From positions 224,001-288,000 of the forward strand of contig CAVTLK010000005.1 of the NCBI GenBank assembly GCA_963735595.1: a stretch of 64,000 bases of DNA. Direction: 5' to 3'. This DNA comes from an uncultured delta proteobacterium (GTDB taxonomy: Bacteria > Desulfobacterota > Zymogenia > Zymogenales > Zymogenaceae). Each line of letters opens with the position of its first letter. The stretch's first letter is position 1. Shown here one piece after another: positions 8,291 through 18,688 of this stretch. The position numbers were made by a program, and so were the translations under genes. The notes under the pieces were generated by a model that did not search any database, was not told where the DNA came from, and saw nothing but the letters and a program-made list of their open reading frames with translations.

Positions 8291-10097
8291 TTAGTCGTCG
8301 AAATGTTCTGGCCTGGCCGAGAGCGTCAGCCCGTCTTTGGAAAGGAGGCTCTTGGCCATCCCCTCGATCTTGGGCAGCTCGTAGGCAAAGAAGAACCGGA
8401 AGGCATACATCTTGCCCGCGTAAAAGGACTCGTCGGACGGACGCGCGCCTTTTGCGAGCGCCGATTGCACCGCCAGCGCCTGCAAAAGCCACTGCCAGGC
8501 AACGGCGATAGTGCCGAAGAACTCCATAAAAAGGGTCGCGTCGGCCAGGAACAGGTCAATGTTGCCGCCCGTGGCTACGCTGACCAGATGGCCGATGACC
8601 TCCTTGAGCCGCTCGACCGCCTTCCTAAGCCCCCCGGCCTGGACAGAGAGCTCCGGATTGGACTCGGCTTTGGCAATGGCCGCATCGAGCTCCGCCACAT
8701 AGAGCGTGAGCGCCTTCCCGTTTTTCATGACGATGTTTCTGCCCAGGAGCGTCAGGGACTGGATGCCGGTGGTCCCCTCGTGGATCGGGTGAATCCGCGT
8801 GTCCCGGTAGTGCTGCTCGATGGGGAATTCATCGCAGTAGCCGTAACCGCCGAGACACTGGAGTGCCTGGCTCACCGAATGAACGGCCATTTCCGCGGGG
8901 TAGGTCTTTGCCACCGGCGTCAGGAGGTCCAGAAGCAGCGAGTAGTTCTCCCGGTCTTCCCCCTCGGTGGAGAGCACGAGGTCGGTCAGGACGGTGCACT
9001 GAAACAGGAGCCCCAGGGAGCCCTCGATGACGGCGCGCTGGAACAGCAGCATCCTCTTTATGTCGGCGTGCTCGATGATCGGGATCTGCGGGATAGAGGG
9101 GTCTTTGGAGGTGATGGGCCTGCCCTGCGGGCGTTCTTTGGTATACTGGAGCGAGGTATAATAGGCCGCCGAGGCGATGGCCGCCGCGTTCATGCCGACG
9201 ACCAGGCGGGCCTCGTTCATCATCTGGAGCATATAGAAAAGCCCGCGGTTCGGTTCGCCGACCAGCCAGCCCCGGCAGTCGCCGTTATCGCCGAGCGAGA
9301 GCTGGGTAATCGGGCATCCCCGGTAGCCCATCTTGTGGTAGATGCCCATGACCGCCAGGTCGTTGGGTACCAGGCCCCCATCATCGCCGAAGCGTTTCTT
9401 CGGGACGATGAACATCGATATCCCCTTCAAGCCCCGGAGGCGAGCCCTCGATGCGCGCCAGCATCATATTGACGACGTTGTCGACACAGTCGTGGTCGGC
9501 CGCCGAGATGAATATCTTCTGTCCCCGAATCAGGTAGTAGTCTTTATCGGTAGGGGTGGCGGTCGTCGTGATATCGCCGACGGAGCTGCCGGCCTGCGGC
9601 TCCGTGAGGGCCATCGTCCCCTGCCACGCGCCCGAAAACAGGAGCGGGATGTAGGTGTCTTTCTGTTCCTGGGAGCCGAAAGACTCCAGGAGGTGCGCCG
9701 CGCCCATGTTGAGGCCGGGATAATTGGAGGCCGAATAGTTGGCGGCCGAAAAGACAAAGGTGGGGATGAGGCCGACCGTAAACGGCAGCTGCTGGCCCCC
9801 GACTTCGGCCGATGCCACCGCCGAGATCCATCCGCCCTCGCCGCACTCCTTCATCAGCCGTTTGACCGACGGGTGCACCTTCACAGCGCCCGCCTCGAAC
9901 CGGGGCGGCTGCTTGTCCATTTCTTCGAAGCAGGGCTTGAGGAGGTCTTTACCCATCTTCATGGCGGTATCGATTACCATATCGATCACCTCGGGGGCGT
10001 GATGGGCGTAACGCGGGTACTTCAGGAGCGACGGCGCGTCAAACACCTCATAGAGCAAGAACTTCAAATTCCTTTCGCTTAAGAATTTCTCGGCCAT
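8291..10097 (-). CDS. Long-form acyl-CoA dehydrogenase (~600 aa); 1-bp frameshift near 9430
   Basis: N-half from MAEKFLSERNL with TMALTEPQAGS and IRGQKIFIS; C-half KGISMFIVPK, MMNEARL, QCLGGYGY, IHEGTTGIQ. The two track ORFs join at PPG/(L)KGIS. Confidence 0.92.
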
Positions 10098-10270
10098 GGT
10101 CAATCGGCTCCTTATGGTAGATAAAGAGTAATAATCCGTTAGTCCATTAGTCGCGCGTGTCGTGCAACTATAGCAGATGGGGCCCGCCAAATCTAATGGA
10201 TTTTTAGTCGATTTGTTATAGTGGAGCCAAATATTTTATCGCGGCCCCGTGACGGGCGGGTGGCGGGAAA

Positions 10271-10306
10271 GACAAAGGGGCACGGTATTTGCCGCGCCCC
10301 TTTGTC
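10271..10306 (-). terminator. Hairpin downstream of the CPBP/FG-GAP gene
   Basis: gacaaagggg(g)cacgg-tatttg-ccgcgcccctttgtc. Confidence 0.55.
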
Positions 10307-10428
10307 GTCGATAGACTGATGTGCTGTTTACGGTCGGCCTCCGCCGGTGGGGAGGCTCCGTATTCCGTATACGCCGCCGCTCCGCCCGAACGGAAACTGC
10401 GCGAGGTCCCGCCCGGGCGGCGTTCCCC

Positions 10429-12111
10429 TCACTCGAGATAGGGGCGCAGGTCCAGCTCCTTCTTGACGCCGCCGAGGTCAAGCACTTTTACTGTACCGGC
10501 GTCGCTTTCCGCCCCGATCCCGGGGGTCGCCAGTATCTCCGAAATACCGTCCCCGTCCAGGTCCGCCGTCGCCACGAAGAGCCCGAAGAATGCGTCGAAC
10601 GGGAACGTCTTGAAGAGGATATCGCTCTTCCCATTCATGACCAACAGCTCGGCGGCGGAGTTCTTGTACGGCCCCGGCCCCGCGAGGACCTCGTCGGTAC
10701 CGTTGCCGTCAACGTCGCCGACGGCCGTATTGAGGCCGTAAAGACAACCCCTGCGGAAATAGACCCAGTACCACCGGGACTGCTTCGGCGCCGCGATACC
10801 GCCGGAAAAGTCGACGGCTATAAAATGAGTGCGGTACGCATGCAGGTAGGGCGGTGCGCCAATGATCTCGTCGGAGCCGTTACCGTCGATATCGCCGGCG
10901 GAAACGCGTATACCATGGCGCATATAGACGTAATACTCATCGTTGTGGATAAGGTCGTTGGTCTGAAACTCGACGAGCAGTTGTCCCGTGCCGGTGAAGA
11001 CCCTGATGACCGGGCGGTAGACCTGGCCGGGGCCCAGGCCCGCGATTATCTCGTCTTTACCGTCACCGTCGAGATCACCCGACGCGACGTTTGCGCCGTA
11101 ACTCTTGCCGGGGAACGCAATAAAACTCGTGAGCCGTTTACCCGTACCCGTCAGGACCGTGATGAGCGTATCGTTTTTACGGTACGGCCCCCTGGCCGCG
11201 ATGATCTCGTCGGCGCCGTCGCCGTCGAGATCGCCCGCCGCAAGGTTGGCCCCGTACGGTGACTGCACCTCAAACGCGGTGAAACGGTCCACGGGGACAC
11301 CGTCACCGGTAAACACGAGGATCTCCGAATCGTTTCCCTCGGCCGGGCCCCTGTTAACCAGTATCTCGTCCTTCCCGTCGCCGTTTACGTCTCCTGAACA
11401 AAGAACCATGGTGTTTCCATAGGTACTATAGCGCTCAAATCCCTGCCGACCCACGCGAAAGTCGGACATGAGGCCCGGCACGAGCAGCGTCAGGGCGACA
11501 ATCGCCACCGTGCCGTGCATAACGCCGAGCGCGAATATATTCCTGTTTCGAGAAAAGAGGGAGCAGAACAGGAGCCCCCCGATCGACGTAAAAACTACCA
11601 GGGCCGTGTTGGGCACGTGTAACAGCGAAAAGATGGCCGCGGCCGAAATAGTGGCGGCATAGTTATTGGCGAGTATTTTTCTTAGCCTCAGATAGAGAAA
11701 ACTATTGAGGGCCAATTGCTGCAGGGAGCCCCAGAAGATATACCCGAGCCAGTCCAGCAAGACCCTTCCGAGGTCATGGGGTCTGTAACTCTCCCGATAG
11801 AACATGAAGATACAGAGGATGGCCGCGATGCAGAAGAGCGTTGCGACCCCGACTTCCTTGAAGGACCGGCCTAGGTTATCGACCCGGATGCCCAGATCCT
11901 TGAGCGTGTCTTCGTGCACGAAAAAGCCGCTGAGGAATACGAGGCCGGAGACGATACCCGCGAGGGTGGACAGATACGGGCCCCAGTAGTAGAAACGGAG
12001 CACCCATATAATAAGAAATATGCCGCCCAGCACGATACACAATTCACCCAGCGTATAGAGCCGGGGGCTCTTGTGATACAACTCCCGCAGAAACGTTATC
12101 GGTCTTGGCAT
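10429..12111 (-). CDS. CPBP (Abi/CAAX) intramembrane protease-like domain fused to six FG-GAP repeats
   Basis: Multi-TM N-half with WGSLQQLALN, AIFSLLHVPN and LGVMHG; C-half has six (G/A)D(V/L/I)(D/N)G(D/N)GxxEI-type Ca-binding repeats. Confidence 0.8.
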   Translation of the reverse strand: MPRPITFLRELYHKSPRLYTLGELCIVLGGIFLIIWVLRFYYWGPYLSTLAGIVSGLVFLSGFFVHEDTLKDLGIRVDNLGRSFKEVGVATLFCIAAILCIFMFYRESYRPHDLGRVLLDWLGYIFWGSLQQLALNSFLYLRLRKILANNYAATISAAAIFSLLHVPNTALVVFTSIGGLLFCSLFSRNRNIFALGVMHGTVAIVALTLLVPGLMSDFRVGRQGFERYSTYGNTMVLCSGDVNGDGKDEILVNRGPAEGNDSEILVFTGDGVPVDRFTAFEVQSPYGANLAAGDLDGDGADEIIAARGPYRKNDTLITVLTGTGKRLTSFIAFPGKSYGANVASGDLDGDGKDEIIAGLGPGQVYRPVIRVFTGTGQLLVEFQTNDLIHNDEYYVYMRHGIRVSAGDIDGNGSDEIIGAPPYLHAYRTHFIAVDFSGGIAAPKQSRWYWVYFRRGCLYGLNTAVGDVDGNGTDEVLAGPGPYKNSAAELLVMNGKSDILFKTFPFDAFFGLFVATADLDGDGISEILATPGIGAESDAGTVKVLDLGGVKKELDLRPYLE

Positions 12112-12367
12112 ATATCAATTCCTCTCGAAGGCCGGCAGCATTGAATGACGGTGCCCCGCGGCGGGAAGACAAAGACGGCCCGACCGCATCATCTCTCCCT
12201 TTTTATCCGCAATCGCGCGGTTACGGCATTGTGGTGAATTAGAATAGCCAATTATCATGACATAAATCAAGTAAAAAGGGGCGGCGGGGCGGCTTTGCGT
12301 TGTTATAAGGTCTCGGGAATGGGCGATGGGAGAATGTTTCGGACGTACCGGGGTCATGCCGGGATCG

Positions 12368-12451
12368 GGAATTACAGGGACACGTACCTAATTCCTATTT
12401 AGTTTGCTTAAACGGAACGCCCATGAATTAGGTACGCGTCCCCGTAATTCC
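12368..12451. repeat. Palindromic element, family B (27-bp arms, 30-bp loop)
   Basis: ggaattacagggacacgtacctaattc ... gaattaggtacgcgtccccgtaattcc (2 mismatches). Confidence 0.85.
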
Positions 12452-12473
12452 GTTACTTAATAAAACAGTGTCC

Positions 12474-12510
12474 GAGATCGCCACGGCCCCTTCGGGCCCT
12501 CGCGATGACA
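12474..12510. repeat. Palindromic element, family C, right half
   Basis: gagatcgccacggccccttcgggccctcgcgatgac matches the right arms at 24608-24638 and 56724-56758. Confidence 0.75.
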
Positions 12511-12646
12511 CTTCCTTGAATATCGGTCTTTGTCAACGGTCTGGCCCTGTCACATGACAGGGTATTATTTTGCTTCCTGGTTGGTATCGGAATCGGTATC
12601 AGAGGCTAAAAAAGCGGAGGGTCTTGTTTGCAGCCGCTTGAAATAA

Positions 12647-12725
<79 letters not shown>

Positions 12726-12733
12726 ATAGATAA

Positions 12734-12763
12734 ATTATACCGCAACGCCCGTAATAAAATCAA
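12734..12763 (-). promoter_or_regulatory. Putative sigma70 promoter of tRNA-Pro
   Basis: TTGATT-N18-TATAAT, ending 8 nt before the tRNA 5' end. Confidence 0.5.
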
Positions 12764-12834
12764 GCCGGTACAGAGCGTCCGGCTCACGAGCTGCCCGTTT
12801 GACACGGGCGCGAGAGGATACACACAACGGTCCC

Positions 12835-14193
12835 CTAATCGGCCGCCGCAACCTGCTGACTCCTGCCGTGCCCCCCCCTCCTTCGTTTCCTCCTGGGTGC
12901 GCGGATAAGCCTCTTGAGGGGCTCAAATCCGTCGGGGCCGGGGGGCCATGGAGCGTTGGGAAAGGCACCGGAGGCCTTTGTGGTGATGGCAAGAAGGTCG
13001 AAGGCTTCCGGGAAGTGGACCTTGTGCCTGAGGTTCGATGAGATATGGCCGTGCTCGAGCATCCCGAGCATCTTCCAGTTCATATATAAGAGATGGCGCA
13101 TGTTGTCCACGGTGCGCTTGGAGACCCCCACCCCGGACAGTGATTGCGACAGGAAACCGCCGATGAGCCGGGGTATATCGACCTTCGCCTCCGGCAAACG
13201 GGTATGCGAACGCACCATCGCCGTTACCACCGGAATCATGGGGACACTGAACAGAAAGGGGACGGAAAATTCCCTTCCCGACCGGGTCATCGCATCCAGC
13301 AGCCCGAGGCAGGAGTAAAACGATTCCGCTATGACCTCCTGCTCGTCAACGGCCCGGTGCATCTCGGGAAACAGGACTTCCAGAATACCGTATTCTTTGA
13401 AGAGCCGGAGGGTTTCCCGGGAATACCCTCCCTTCAGCTCCTTGACAAGCTCTTCGTGAAAACGCGCGGCCGAGCAGTGGACAAGATTATTGCTCATCTC
13501 TTTGATGGCCTGCCGGGTTTGAGGCTCGATGGTGAACCCGGTTCGCGCGGAGTGCCTGATGGCGCGGATGATCCGCACCGGGTCTTCGGTGATCCGGGTT
13601 TTCGGGTCGCCGATCATCCTGATGACTTTATTCCGCAGGTCCTCAAGGCCCCCCACGTAATCGATGATCGTATAGTCTTTAATGTTGTAGAACAACCCGT
13701 TTATGGTGATGTCCCGGCGAAAAGCGTCTTCCTGCGGTGTGCCGAAGGTATTGTCCCGCATCATGGGAAGGCCGGGACGCGATTCGTCCTCCTCGGCCTT
13801 TTTTCGGAAGGTAGTTACCTCAACGATCTTATTGTCTCGAAACCGGATGTGTACGATCTTGAAGCGCCGCCCGATGATGACGCTGTTGGCAAACAACCTC
13901 CTGATCTCCTTCGGGTCGGCGTCCGTGCCTACGTCGAAATCTTTCGGTTTTCTTCCCAGGAGGAGATCACGAACCCCGCCTCCGACCAGATAGGCCTTGA
14001 AGCCGTGGTTGTGCAAACGGTACAGCACCTTAAGGGCGTCCGGATCGATATTCCGCCTGGAAATCGGGTGTTTGTCTCTGGAGACGATTACCGGCTCAGG
14101 CGTCAGCTGCGCTGAAGGGAGGCTTTCCCTCTCAGGCTGCTGAGCTCCAAAAGAGGAGAAAATCTCGGAAATTGTATTTTTTAGCCAGCCCAC
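12835..14193 (-). CDS. pcnB: Poly(A) polymerase I
   Basis: AYLVGGGVRDLLLG, KDFD, PAP-specific IIGRRFKIVHI loop, RRDITIN, EDPVRIIRA; basic C-terminal tail. Confidence 0.9.
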   Translation of the reverse strand: MGWLKNTISEIFSSFGAQQPERESLPSAQLTPEPVIVSRDKHPISRRNIDPDALKVLYRLHNHGFKAYLVGGGVRDLLLGRKPKDFDVGTDADPKEIRRLFANSVIIGRRFKIVHIRFRDNKIVEVTTFRKKAEEDESRPGLPMMRDNTFGTPQEDAFRRDITINGLFYNIKDYTIIDYVGGLEDLRNKVIRMIGDPKTRITEDPVRIIRAIRHSARTGFTIEPQTRQAIKEMSNNLVHCSAARFHEELVKELKGGYSRETLRLFKEYGILEVLFPEMHRAVDEQEVIAESFYSCLGLLDAMTRSGREFSVPFLFSVPMIPVVTAMVRSHTRLPEAKVDIPRLIGGFLSQSLSGVGVSKRTVDNMRHLLYMNWKMLGMLEHGHISSNLRHKVHFPEAFDLLAITTKASGAFPNAPWPPGPDGFEPLKRLIRAPRRKRRRGGHGRSQQVAAAD

Positions 14194-14463
14194 GTAGTCA
14201 CAATGATGATGAGGTTCAACAAATAACGGCTCGAATAGTCACATTACCCGCTATCATAGGCGATATCTTACAATATATCAATAGTTTTTATTACGTTCGC
14301 GTAGTTTTTACCAAGAGGGCTATCGGCCGGACTACACAGTCAGCATTGCTTCTGCGCAGCCGTCAAAATGGGTAGTCCTCCTATCGCGGGTGACTTTGCG
14401 AACTTACCAGTACTATGATTTATCCCGTATCAGGTTACGCACGTCGAACAATAAAGCCAAGAC

Positions 14464-15960
14464 TTACCTTCCCTTGAGCTTATAAAGGCGGACGTTGGAG
14501 CTAAGCAGGTCTATCCTGTCGACTAATACAAAGTTCTTTGAGAAGTAATTTTCAATCGGGTCGGGTATCTTCAGCGTTATGGAAACAAGCCATATGTACT
14601 TTAGGTCTTTGTTTCTTTCATCCTGGATTAGTCCAACAAACCTGTTGAATTCCTCCACATCTTTAATATTTAGGGTGACCCTTCTCTCCGAGCCGAGTTT
14701 ATTAAAGTAATAATCCAGCGCGTCTTCTTCCCGGACAACCGACACGATTATGGAATCCCTGTAGTTACCGTCGTTGTCGATAACGTATTGTACCGCTTCG
14801 CGATACTGCTCTTTCGTGGGCTTGCTGTAGTAGTCTCTAATAAAGACGAGGTTATACAGGGAAAAGATGGTAATCGCCGCAACCAGGGCTATTTTGCCCA
14901 GTTGACGAACAGGCAGCCGGGTGATCGCGCGCGCCGATAATATATATGCGGCGGGCAGAGATATGATCAGGTTCCTGTACATTAAAACCGGCGTTGAAAA
15001 GAGCGATTTTAAAAACATGATGCCGAACGGGACAAAGAGCCAAAGGAGGAGCATAACGCCCGGCGAATAGAAAGATATTCCTGAGGCCCGGTGCCTTGAC
15101 TCCGCGAGGTATTCGTTTACTTTATTGGTCACGAATAGCCCGAAAATCCCCAGCACGACGGTCAACAGTACCCACGATTCATTAAACAGCCACCCCAAAT
15201 AGTAAAAGATGAAGCGTTCCTTCGGGAAAAACATCTTGTTGTATGGGTTATCAAAGTGCATCCCCATTTTTGGAAGCCACGGTAAATACAGGACGACTAT
15301 CGGCATGTAGATCAGGGCCGTGTACAGGATCTTCTTCCTGTCGTTAAAAAATAAGATTACGAAGTACGCCAGCTGCAGCAGTACTAAATAGAGCCCGAAG
15401 TAATGGAGATAGGACAGGAACAGGCCGCATACGTCGTACAGGATCACGTGAAGGAAGCGCGGCTCCCTATCCTCCTTCAGATCCTTGAGCATGGCAAGCC
15501 AGATAATGGTCGACACGATGACGAAAAGGAGCACCATGCAATAGGCCCGGGCCTCCTGGCTGTAGTAGATGGGAGTCCACAGCACCGCCATGAGGCACGA
15601 CGCGATGAGGCCTTCCCTTTGTGTGTAGAGCCTTTTCCCGAGAAAAAAGATCGCGATGATCGAGAGCGCACCGCAAAGGGCGGAGGGGAAACGCAGGGCA
15701 GACTCACCGTCTCCGAGTAGTCTCTGGGCCAGGCGCATAAAAAAGTAATATCCGGGCGGGTTAAGCTCCCGGTGCATGATCAGGTCAACCATACCCGATA
15801 GGGCGAGAGAAGGCCGGGATTCGCTCCAGGTAAGTAATTCATCAAACCAGAGAGACTGTATCGACAGGCCGTAAAACCTCAGACAGGAACCGAGTATGAG
15901 TACGGCGAGAAGCGCCACGAATATTTTCGTGCTACCGAAGTGCCTTTCTATAAAGCCCAT
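14464..15960 (-). CDS. GT-C fold membrane glycosyltransferase (GT39/PMT_2-like)
   Basis: SLWFDE, NPPGYY, LRFPSALCG, YYSQEARAY and LHYFG motifs; many TM segments; alternative TTG start at 15984. Confidence 0.85.
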   Translation of the reverse strand: MGFIERHFGSTKIFVALLAVLILGSCLRFYGLSIQSLWFDELLTWSESRPSLALSGMVDLIMHRELNPPGYYFFMRLAQRLLGDGESALRFPSALCGALSIIAIFFLGKRLYTQREGLIASCLMAVLWTPIYYSQEARAYCMVLLFVIVSTIIWLAMLKDLKEDREPRFLHVILYDVCGLFLSYLHYFGLYLVLLQLAYFVILFFNDRKKILYTALIYMPIVVLYLPWLPKMGMHFDNPYNKMFFPKERFIFYYLGWLFNESWVLLTVVLGIFGLFVTNKVNEYLAESRHRASGISFYSPGVMLLLWLFVPFGIMFLKSLFSTPVLMYRNLIISLPAAYILSARAITRLPVRQLGKIALVAAITIFSLYNLVFIRDYYSKPTKEQYREAVQYVIDNDGNYRDSIIVSVVREEDALDYYFNKLGSERRVTLNIKDVEEFNRFVGLIQDERNKDLKYIWLVSITLKIPDPIENYFSKNFVLVDRIDLLSSNVRLYKLKGR

Positions 15961-16058
15961 AACAGCGCTCCGAATGAGGGTCAACGCGCGGCATCATCTT
16001 TCGCGGGACGTTTTCGCAAAAAACTACTTAAACGTATTACGATAATTATGTCAAGCGT

Positions 16059-17093
16059 TTATCCGAATAGTGCCCGGATAGTATCCGTATAGGGGGGACG
16101 TATCACGCCTCGCTCGGTAATGATGGCCCCGATGTACGCGGCCGGGGTAACGTCGAAAGCCGGATTTTTAACCGCGGCGCCGGGCGGGGCCGACTGTACC
16201 CCCATGAACGACCTGACCTCATCGGGATCGCGCTCTTCGATAGGGATATCGGCGCCGGTCTTCGTCTCCGGATCGATAGTCGAGCAGGGCGCGGCGATGT
16301 AAAAGGGAACACCGTGCTCCTTTGCCAGGATCGAGACGGTATATGTCCCGATCTTGTTTGCGGTGTCGCCGTTTGCCGCAATCCGGTCGGCGCCCGTGAT
16401 GACCTTGTCGATAAGGCCTTCTTTGAAGCAGTATCCGGCCATACCGTCGGTAATCAGGGTAACGCCGATGCCGTCGGCCATGAGCTCCCAGACGGTGAGG
16501 CGGCTTCCCTGCAGGAGCGGCCGTGTTTCGTCGGCGATCACGGAAATCCGCTTGCCGGACGAAACGGCCGCCCTGATCACCCCGAGGGCGGTGCCGTAGC
16601 CGGCCGTCGCAAGCGCCCCGGCGTTGCAGTGGGTCAGGACCGTATCGCCGTCGGAAAGGAGTTGTCGGCCGTGCCGGCCGATCGCCTCGTTGGTCCGGAT
16701 ATCCTCATCGTAGATCGCCAGGGCTTCCATCTCCAGGGCCCGGATAATGTCGGGCGGATCGCCCCCGTGACCGTGCGCCAGCCGCCTCATCCGCTCCAGC
16801 GCCCAGAAGAGATTACGTGCGGTGGGCCGGGCAGCGGCGAGAAGCGAGATAACGCCGTCGAATTCCGACAGAAACCGGCGCCGATCGGTTGCCCGTATCT
16901 GCCGGGCGCCGAGGGCCGCCCCCATTGCCGCGGCGACCCCGATGGCGGGGGCCCCGCGGACGGCGAGGGTCTTTATCGCGTCAACCACCTGGGCCGGGTC
17001 TTTGAGGGTGACGTAGCGCACCGCCGACGGCAGCAGCCGCTGGTCGAGTATCCGGATACCGTCTTCTTTCCACTGGATGGTAAAAAAGGACAT
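16059..17093 (-). CDS. mtnA: S-methyl-5-thioribose-1-phosphate isomerase
   Basis: LDQRLLP, VRGAPAIG, LTHCNAGALAT, ETRPLLQGSRLT, ANKIGTY and NPAFDVTP motifs. Confidence 0.96.
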   Translation of the reverse strand: MSFFTIQWKEDGIRILDQRLLPSAVRYVTLKDPAQVVDAIKTLAVRGAPAIGVAAAMGAALGARQIRATDRRRFLSEFDGVISLLAAARPTARNLFWALERMRRLAHGHGGDPPDIIRALEMEALAIYDEDIRTNEAIGRHGRQLLSDGDTVLTHCNAGALATAGYGTALGVIRAAVSSGKRISVIADETRPLLQGSRLTVWELMADGIGVTLITDGMAGYCFKEGLIDKVITGADRIAANGDTANKIGTYTVSILAKEHGVPFYIAAPCSTIDPETKTGADIPIEERDPDEVRSFMGVQSAPPGAAVKNPAFDVTPAAYIGAIITERGVIRPPYTDTIRALFG

Positions 17094-17100
17094 GGGAAGG

Positions 17101-18594
17101 CTAAAACGAAATTCGGTTGAAAAACTTGACGGAGTACCCCTCTTCGTACCGCTCCTTGATCTCCCGCTTGAACTCCTCTAATATTTCGTCGGTATCCTTT
17201 TCGGTCAGGAATTCCGGCCTGAGGAGAAACTCAAGGTTTTCGACGTCGCCGGTGACCGAGATGGGAAGCGAGAGCCTTCCGGTAGGATTCTGTAAGAGGG
17301 AGGCAATATATTCGGGTTTTATATTGAGCGCCATAGTGTGAGATAGGAATAGATTTCCGTTGAAGTCGACAGCGCCGGTCAGTTTGATCTCACCCTTGAT
17401 AACGGCGTCCCACTCTTCGGACTTTATGGCAAGCTTGGAGGTGACGAACCTGTTGCCGGACAAGACAAAGCTGCCGCCGATGATAGAAAAGCTGGTGTCC
17501 AGGATAGTCGTCATCTTGTCATTGGAAATGAGGCCGAGGGACGAAAGCTCCGTCCTGATATTAAAGGCCGGTATGTGGCCGTCCTCAATACGGATAAGCC
17601 CTTCGCCCGAGAGGTTGTCTACCATCTCGCCGGTGGTTTTTCCCGTGGCGGTAAAGGTCCCCTCGAAGTTCAAGACGCCGAAACAGGTGTTCTCGTCCTT
17701 TCGGATAATGCTCAGGAGCTTATCGGCCATGGCGTCGGAAAGCCGGGCATTTACGACCAGCTCTTTATTGAGGGGGGCCATATTACAGTATCCGCTGACT
17801 TCCAGCTTTCCCTCAAATATGGTCGCTTCCATCTCTTCGATCCTGAGGGTATCGTTGCGTATCTTACCGGTGAGCGCCAAGTCATTGAAGGCCAGCCCCT
17901 TGGCGCTGCCGGTCGAGATCGAGATAAAAATGTCCCCCGAAAACGGGATCGACGGCATCTGCGACCTGCCGGCTCCCGGGAGCTTTGCCGCCTCAATGCG
18001 GCTTATCTTGATATCCATATCCTTAATGCGGATGATCTTTTCGGGTTGGGCGTCCACCGGTCTGGTGATATAGCTAACGTCGGCATTCTTCACTCTAATC
18101 TCGTCGGGCAGAATCGCCCGGCCCATAAACGGCGCTACCTTCAGATCAAAAAGGTTCGCCTTCAGGATATCAATCGATATACCCGGGTTTGTCCCGTCTG
18201 AAAGCGTGGCCAGGTTCAGCAATACGCCGTCTTTTTCTATAATCGAGACGACGGGATCTTTAACGACGATCTCGTTGACGACGATGACGCCCAGCAACAG
18301 CGGCATCAGTCTGACGGACACGTCAACTTCACGGGCGGTCGCAAACGGCTCGTTAGAGACATCGGGATCGTCTGAGATCTTGAGGTCCTTAAGGATAATC
18401 TTCGGCCCGGTAATGACCGAAAAGGTAAGGTCGCCAACGGTTACGGAGCGCCCGAGACGCTCGGAAAGCCACAGGGCAATGCCGTGACGATACTCGGAGG
18501 TATCGATCAGCTTGGGAAGGAAGATCAGACAGGCGACGGCGATCAGAAGCGCGCACGATACTATTGAGATTGTAGTGATCGTTCGTCTTGTCAT
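17101..18594 (-). CDS. AsmA family protein
   Basis: N-terminal TM anchor, LGRSVTVG and VSVRLMPLL motifs, beta-rich AsmA-like C-terminus (LSGEG, LPISVTG). Confidence 0.75.
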   Translation of the reverse strand: MTRRTITTISIVSCALLIAVACLIFLPKLIDTSEYRHGIALWLSERLGRSVTVGDLTFSVITGPKIILKDLKISDDPDVSNEPFATAREVDVSVRLMPLLLGVIVVNEIVVKDPVVSIIEKDGVLLNLATLSDGTNPGISIDILKANLFDLKVAPFMGRAILPDEIRVKNADVSYITRPVDAQPEKIIRIKDMDIKISRIEAAKLPGAGRSQMPSIPFSGDIFISISTGSAKGLAFNDLALTGKIRNDTLRIEEMEATIFEGKLEVSGYCNMAPLNKELVVNARLSDAMADKLLSIIRKDENTCFGVLNFEGTFTATGKTTGEMVDNLSGEGLIRIEDGHIPAFNIRTELSSLGLISNDKMTTILDTSFSIIGGSFVLSGNRFVTSKLAIKSEEWDAVIKGEIKLTGAVDFNGNLFLSHTMALNIKPEYIASLLQNPTGRLSLPISVTGDVENLEFLLRPEFLTEKDTDEILEEFKREIKERYEEGYSVKFFNRISF

Positions 18595-18688
18595 AGCCAA
18601 TCTCTCCGCATACCCTCACGAGGCCTCGTGTCCGGTCCGTTCGGGTCATGACGGAACCCCGTACGATCCGTCGATTTGTATCGGGCCG

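Noticed and set aside
10279..10292. Sigma54-like GGCAC-N5-TTGC on the plus strand
   Set aside because: It lacks the upstream T of TGGCAC, lies inside a terminator hairpin and points at the 3' end of an opposite-strand gene; probably chance.
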